Both the position numbers and the translations under genes were made by a program. This document shows positions 55,799 through 60,389 of a stretch of 60,389 bases of DNA, one piece after another. The first letter of the stretch is position 1, and each line of letters opens with the position of its first letter. This stretch comes from Gemmobacter sp. (GTDB lineage Bacteria > Pseudomonadota > Alphaproteobacteria > Rhodobacterales > Rhodobacteraceae): contig NZ_JAEULU010000278.1 of the NCBI RefSeq assembly GCF_016792925.1, positions 1-60,389 of the forward strand, written 5' to 3'. A model generated the notes under the pieces. The model saw only the letters and a program-made list of their open reading frames with translations. It was not told the origin of the DNA and did no database searches.

Positions 55799-57775
55799 TC
55801 ACGCCTGACCGTAGCGCTGGCCATAGCCATAGCCGTAATGGCGCAGGCCCTCGGCCGTCACCTGCGTGACCACCAGCCCCGCCACCCGCGCATGCACGCT
55901 CTCCAGCTGGCCAAGCGCCTCGGTCACCTGATCGCCCAGCGTGCGGTTCCAGCGCACCACGAACAGCACCGCATCCGAGGCCTGCGCGATCACCCGCGCA
56001 TCCGGCACCGCCAGCACCGGCGGCGTGTCGATCAACACCATGTCGTAAGCCCCCCGCGCCGTGGCGATCAGCGCGGCGAAACCGTCCGAGGCGAACAGAT
56101 CGACCGTATCGACCGGCGCCCGATCCGCCAGCAGCACATCGCCACCCCAGGGCGCGGCCTGCACCAGCCGCGCCAGATTGTCGGGCGCCGCGATCCCCTC
56201 GGAAAGCCCGGCAACCGGGGCCTCGCCAAAGCCCAGACTGCGGCTCAGCGTGCGGTTGCGCACATCGCCCTCGATCAGCAGCACCCGTCGCCCCATCCGC
56301 GCCATGTTCTGTGCCAGCGCCGCCGCCACCGTGGTCTTGCCCTCCTCCGGGTTGGCCGAGGTGATGGTCAGCACCTGCGGCACCGTCTCGCGGTTGCCCA
56401 GCAAAACCGAAGTGCGCAGATTGCGGATCGCCTCTGCCGGGGCCGAGGTCGGGTTGGCCTGCAACCAGGCAATGCTGGCCTGCCGCCCCTTGGCCGGAAT
56501 GACCGGGATCTGCGACAGCACCATGTGCCCGGTCAGCGCCTCCAAGGCCCGGGCCGAGCGGATGCGGCGGGTTTGCTGATCGCGGATCACCACGAACACC
56601 ACCCCCAGCAGCAGCCCAAGCAGGCCCGAGATCGCCAGTATCCGCCCCTTGCGCGGGGCGCTTGGCCGGTCGGGCAGCACGGCTTGCGACAGGATGCGGC
56701 TGTCGGCCTGCTGCAATCCCAGCTGCGCCGTGGTCTCCTTAAGCCGCGCCTGAAAATGCTCATAGAGCAGACGGCTCGATTCCGCCTCGCGCTTCAACTG
56801 GTCCAGCCGGATCAGATCCTGCGATTGCCCCTCGATGTTGGCCATCAGCCCCTCCACCGCCATGGAGAGCGAACGCGCCTGCGCCTCCAGCCGCGCGGCA
56901 TCGGCCTGCAAGCGCGCGCGCGCAGGCGCCCCCTCGGGCAGGGCCGCGATCTGCGCGCGCAGCGCCGCCAGATCGCCCGCCACCCCGTCGCGCCGCGCCC
57001 GCGTTTCCTTCAGCTGCCGGTCCATCGCGCCCAGGCTTTCGGCGTCGATCAGGCTGGTCGCCGCCTGAAAGCGCCGCACGGCGGTTTCGGCCGTTTCCAG
57101 CTCGGCCTGCAAATCGGCCAGCTCGCCGGTCAGCCAGCTTGCCGCCGCCTGCGTCGTCTCATAGCGGTAGCGGCGCTGGTCATCGACATAGGCCCGCGCC
57201 ATCTCATCGGCCAAAAGCCGCGCCCGTTCGGCGGAAAGGCTGCGCGCCGTGATGCGGAACACCAGCGAGCCCGAGACATTCTCGACCTCCACCGCCCCCA
57301 GCACCGCCGACACCGTGCCATCCAGCGTGGCGCGCTCGCGCTCGGCTGTGCTGCGCAGATCGGGGCGGTCGGGGGTGAACAGGCCCAGAAAGCGTTGCCA
57401 CAGGCTTGGCGCGCGCAGGGCCGCGTTGAACTCCGGGTCGCGCGTCAGGTCCAGCGCCGCCACCACCTGCGCCACCAGCTTGCGGCTGCGCAAGACCTCG
57501 ATCTCGGTGCGCACCACCGAGGTGGTGCCGGTGGACAATTCGCCCAGCACCGAATCCAGCCCCGCCACCGATTTGTCGCGCGATTCCAACACCACGACAC
57601 TGGCCGCCGTATAAACCGGCGTGGCGCGGATAAAGGCCTGCACCGCGCCCAGCAGCAGGCAGGCCGCCATGATCGCCGCAATCCAGCGCCGCCCGGCCCA
57701 GAGGCCGCGCGCCAGCCCGCCCAGATCGACCAGATCCTCGTCGGGGCCAGCCCCGCGCAATGCCGCGCCCCTCAA
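55799..57775 (-). CDS. wzc: polysaccharide co-polymerase / BY-kinase (Wzc/ExoP-like)
   Basis: P.Y.A, E.EVLRS, coiled coil, P..P..P before TM2, Walker A SANPEEGKT, IDTPP, C-terminal Tyr cluster YGYGYG. Confidence 0.93.
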   Translation of the reverse strand: MRGAALRGAGPDEDLVDLGGLARGLWAGRRWIAAIMAACLLLGAVQAFIRATPVYTAASVVVLESRDKSVAGLDSVLGELSTGTTSVVRTEIEVLRSRKLVAQVVAALDLTRDPEFNAALRAPSLWQRFLGLFTPDRPDLRSTAERERATLDGTVSAVLGAVEVENVSGSLVFRITARSLSAERARLLADEMARAYVDDQRRYRYETTQAAASWLTGELADLQAELETAETAVRRFQAATSLIDAESLGAMDRQLKETRARRDGVAGDLAALRAQIAALPEGAPARARLQADAARLEAQARSLSMAVEGLMANIEGQSQDLIRLDQLKREAESSRLLYEHFQARLKETTAQLGLQQADSRILSQAVLPDRPSAPRKGRILAISGLLGLLLGVVFVVIRDQQTRRIRSARALEALTGHMVLSQIPVIPAKGRQASIAWLQANPTSAPAEAIRNLRTSVLLGNRETVPQVLTITSANPEEGKTTVAAALAQNMARMGRRVLLIEGDVRNRTLSRSLGFGEAPVAGLSEGIAAPDNLARLVQAAPWGGDVLLADRAPVDTVDLFASDGFAALIATARGAYDMVLIDTPPVLAVPDARVIAQASDAVLFVVRWNRTLGDQVTEALGQLESVHARVAGLVVTQVTAEGLRHYGYGYGQRYGQA

Positions 57776-59136
57776 TTGGCCACCGCATCATTCAGCGGAA
57801 TCGCGATCAGGCTGGGCGAGATCTGGTCAATCGCGCGGTTCCAGCGCGTCACCGGCTGTTCGGCCACAAAGATCACGTCATTGGGCCGCAGCTCCATCCG
57901 CGTCACCATCACCATGCCCGAGGGCGTGCCGCCATCAATATGCCAGGCCGTGATGCCGCCAAATTCGCGCGGATCGGGCGAGCCGCGCAGCACATAGATC
58001 TGGCGCGGATTGCCGGTGCGCGACAGCACACCGCCGCCACCACCATAAATCGCATCCGCCACCGTGGGCCGCTGCTCAAAGGGCAGCGTCATGCGGCCGG
58101 GGCTGCGCAGCTCGCCCGCCAGATAGACATGGTCCTGATCCTCGGCCCCCAGCTCGAGCCGCTTGGCGAACAGGTCGCGCTGTTCGGTCAGGGCATCGCG
58201 GCGCAGGCTCACCTCGGTGGACAGCGCCGAAAGCGCGGCCTGACGGCTGGATTGTTTGAACTCGGCCAGCCGGATTTGCTCGGCGAAATAGGCCTCGGCC
58301 CGATCCAGATCGAAATCGGCATCCACGAACACGCTGTCGCCATCCATCAGCCGGGTCTTTTGCAGCGAAGGGTTGCGCAGAAAGGCCTCGACCGGGATCT
58401 GATACAGCCGCCCCTCGCGATAGATGCGGATCACCGCCGATTTGCGATCAGCCACCTTCACCCCGCCCACGCTGGCGATGGTGGCATCCAGCGTCAGCGG
58501 CGTCAGCGTCACCGGCACCACGCCCGGCGTCACCACCGCCCCGCCGACCGAGACGCGACGGGCGTTGAACTCGGCGATCTCGATGCTGAAACTGGGGTCG
58601 ATCTGGCGCGACAGCAGCGCTTGCAGCACCACCGGCTCGGCCTCCTCCAGCGTCATGCCCGCGATGCGCACGCGGCCCACATCCGGCACCGCAATGGCGC
58701 CGTCATCCTGCACGGTATAGCCTTGCCGCCGGTTTTCCGCCGCCAGCAGGCCCGAAAGTTCTGCCGCCGTGCTGCCCGCCGATTTGGTCGCCAGCAACAC
58801 CACATCGCCCACCCCGATGCGATAGGGCTGCTCGGGCACCGGCGGCGGCGCGAGGGTCTGCGGATCGCCCACGCGCGGCTCGGCCTCGCGCACCGGATCG
58901 GGGGCGCGCGCCCCCGCCCCGCCGCCGCCCGACAGCCCCGCCGTGCTGGCAAAGGCCGCAGGCAGGCCCTTCGGCGTCCAGGCCTCGCTATTGGCGGCCA
59001 GCACGCTTTCCGGCGTCACCGCCACCACGCGCACCTTGGCGCCATCCACCACGCCCTCGCGGATCGTGGTGCCCTGATACACCGCACCACAGCCAGCCAG
59101 CAGCCCCAGAACGGCAACAGCAGAAAACAGACGCAT
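57772..59136 (-). CDS. wza: outer-membrane polysaccharide export lipoprotein
   Basis: Lipobox LAGC, Poly_export motif YRIGVGD..V.DDG.I.VP.VG, SLBB repeats, P.TRWNR.I. Confidence 0.92.
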   Translation of the reverse strand: MRLFSAVAVLGLLAGCGAVYQGTTIREGVVDGAKVRVVAVTPESVLAANSEAWTPKGLPAAFASTAGLSGGGGAGARAPDPVREAEPRVGDPQTLAPPPVPEQPYRIGVGDVVLLATKSAGSTAAELSGLLAAENRRQGYTVQDDGAIAVPDVGRVRIAGMTLEEAEPVVLQALLSRQIDPSFSIEIAEFNARRVSVGGAVVTPGVVPVTLTPLTLDATIASVGGVKVADRKSAVIRIYREGRLYQIPVEAFLRNPSLQKTRLMDGDSVFVDADFDLDRAEAYFAEQIRLAEFKQSSRQAALSALSTEVSLRRDALTEQRDLFAKRLELGAEDQDHVYLAGELRSPGRMTLPFEQRPTVADAIYGGGGGVLSRTGNPRQIYVLRGSPDPREFGGITAWHIDGGTPSGMVMVTRMELRPNDVIFVAEQPVTRWNRAIDQISPSLIAIPLNDAVAN

Positions 59137-59235
59137 CAAGAGGGCAACTCCGGTTGGGCCGACAGATCGGGTATGGGACGAAGGGGTTTACAACCCGTAC
59201 TCAGCAAAACACCCGGCGGAGAGGCCCGCCCTTGT

Positions 59236-59868
59236 TTACGGCAGGAACAGCAACTGGATCACACCGATTTCCGGCCCCACATATTGCCAGCTCTGGCGCA
59301 GCACACCCGCCACAACCCAATGCCGGTTTTCAAACGGCCCGCGCGGGCCATGGCAGGTCTCGGTCACCACCTGCGCCTCGGCCCAGGCATTCTCGCCCAC
59401 GCGCAGCCGCTCGGCCCCCGCCGGGGACAGGTCGCAGACCCAGCTTTGCAGCTCCAGCCCGTCATCCCCGGTCAAGACCCGGTGCATCCGCGTGATCTGC
59501 CCGGCAGAGCCTCCGGCAATCAGCGCAGCCGCAGCACCGCTGTCCACCGTCATCACATCATGACCAAGCCCGCGCGTGCCAAGGATCATCCCGCCCTGGG
59601 TGTAGATCTGCACATTGTCGGTGGTGCGCCAGCGCTGCACGCCCGCGCGCGTGCCCGCCAGCAGCATCGTCACCGCCACCCCGCGCGCCGGAATGCGCAA
59701 CACCATTTTCGGCGTGGCGGGATCAGCCAGCAGTGGTGCCAAGGCCGCCTCCTCGCGCGCAAAGCTGGCGGCAGGCGGATCGCCGGTGACCGAGCGCAAG
59801 GCCCGGTCCGGCAGACCACAACCCGCCAGCAGCGCCAAAGCTGCCGCTATTGCCCAAAAGCCCCTCAT
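59236..59868 (-). CDS. yjbF: YjbF/GfcB-family lipoprotein
   Basis: Lipobox LAGC, G.ILGTRGLG.D, E.C, FEN..W, S.Q; between yjbH and wza. ATGA coupling at 59868. Confidence 0.8.
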   Translation of the reverse strand: MRGFWAIAAALALLAGCGLPDRALRSVTGDPPAASFAREEAALAPLLADPATPKMVLRIPARGVAVTMLLAGTRAGVQRWRTTDNVQIYTQGGMILGTRGLGHDVMTVDSGAAAALIAGGSAGQITRMHRVLTGDDGLELQSWVCDLSPAGAERLRVGENAWAEAQVVTETCHGPRGPFENRHWVVAGVLRQSWQYVGPEIGVIQLLFLP

Positions 59869-60389
59869 CGCCAGAACCTCGACCACCGCTTGCCCGCCGC
59901 CGCCTCGCGGTCATCCAGCGTCAGATCATACAGCCGGTTGCGCACCGACAGCCGCGCGCCGCCATCGCGCAACAAGGGGCGCAGCGTGACCGAAGAAGTC
60001 GCCCGCGTCGGCTGCCCCGCCCCCAGCGGCAGGGTGATGGTGATGCCCTTGTCAAAGGCGCCCTCGCCGAAATCGTCAAAGCCCACATCGGTCAGCGTCG
60101 CAAAGGCGCCCACCTCGATGCCATTGCCATAACGCCGCGTCAGGGTCAGCGTCGCGCCCAGATCGCCTGCCAGATAGCGCCCGGCATCCAGCTGCGCATG
60201 ATAGCCGCGCCCCATGTCCAGATAGGCCGAGGCATGGCCGGTCAACACCCGGTAATCCTGAAAGCCAAGCCCACCGGTCTCGCGCAGCATGGCATGGTTC
60301 AGCTCCACCCCCAGGGCCAGCCGCCGGTCCACCGGCGCCCACAGCAGCTCCGCCGAGACGCCGCCATACATCCGCTCGAACAGACCAAG
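59865..60389 (-). CDS. yjbH: YjbH/GfcD-family outer-membrane protein, 3' part only
   Basis: Frame open to the window edge (LGLFERMYGGV), GRYLAGD.G, FGEGAFDKG, RDGG. Confidence 0.88.
   Translation of the reverse strand, partial: LGLFERMYGGVSAELLWAPVDRRLALGVELNHAMLRETGGLGFQDYRVLTGHASAYLDMGRGYHAQLDAGRYLAGDLGATLTLTRRYGNGIEVGAFATLTDVGFDDFGEGAFDKGITITLPLGAGQPTRATSSVTLRPLLRDGGARLSVRNRLYDLTLDDREAAAGKRWSRFWR

Noticed and set aside
55685-60132. Long plus-strand ORFs (770 and 790 aa), and similar ones at 22092-24383, 38000-40186 and 40729-43353
   Set aside because: These are antisense shadows of well-supported genes, rich in Arg/Gln/His/Gly with no motifs, as expected at high GC3.

Overview
GC-rich alphaproteobacterial DNA (gene content resembles Rhodobacteraceae; this is an inference) with about 50 genes in six accessory blocks. 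(1) A cofactor block: queCDEF behind a preQ1-I riboswitch, bioBFDAZ with the GntR regulator bioR and BioR-like boxes, a parDE toxin-antitoxin pair, and an ABC importer under a cobalamin riboswitch. (2) kup, divergent from an N-terminally truncated KdpD/KdpE-like two-component system. (3) A two-operon inositol/cyclitol island. The right operon is iolG-ABC-Hyi-like isomerase. The left operon combines a sterol-desaturase/methyl-oxidase-family di-iron enzyme, a second sugar ABC importer, a Gfo/Idh/MocA dehydrogenase, a TIM-barrel isomerase, a MocE-type Rieske ferredoxin and a PanB paralog lacking its Mg/2-oxo-acid ligands. Both operons carry the same 16-bp IolR-like operator about 40 nt before the first start codon. 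(4) A Tat-signal agmatine-deiminase-family gene plus an orphan ORF. (5) A siderophore uptake cluster (esterase, ABC, SBP, TonB-dependent receptor). (6) A surface-polysaccharide cluster (yjbH-yjbF-wza-wzc-priming GT-wzy, several GTs, a DUF707-like protein, a PglK-like ABC flippase, a sulfatase/pEtN-transferase-like enzyme, and an adenylation-carrier-acyltransferase-3 fusion). The best candidate for an undescribed system is the left cyclitol operon, a putative oxidative demethylation pathway for methylated (possibly C-methyl) inositols. The second is the single-polypeptide acyl-activation/transfer enzyme in the polysaccharide cluster. No rRNA, tRNA, CRISPR array, transposase or integrase was recognised. 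All calls come from reading motifs by eye, with no database search, and several start codons were moved from the ORF track.
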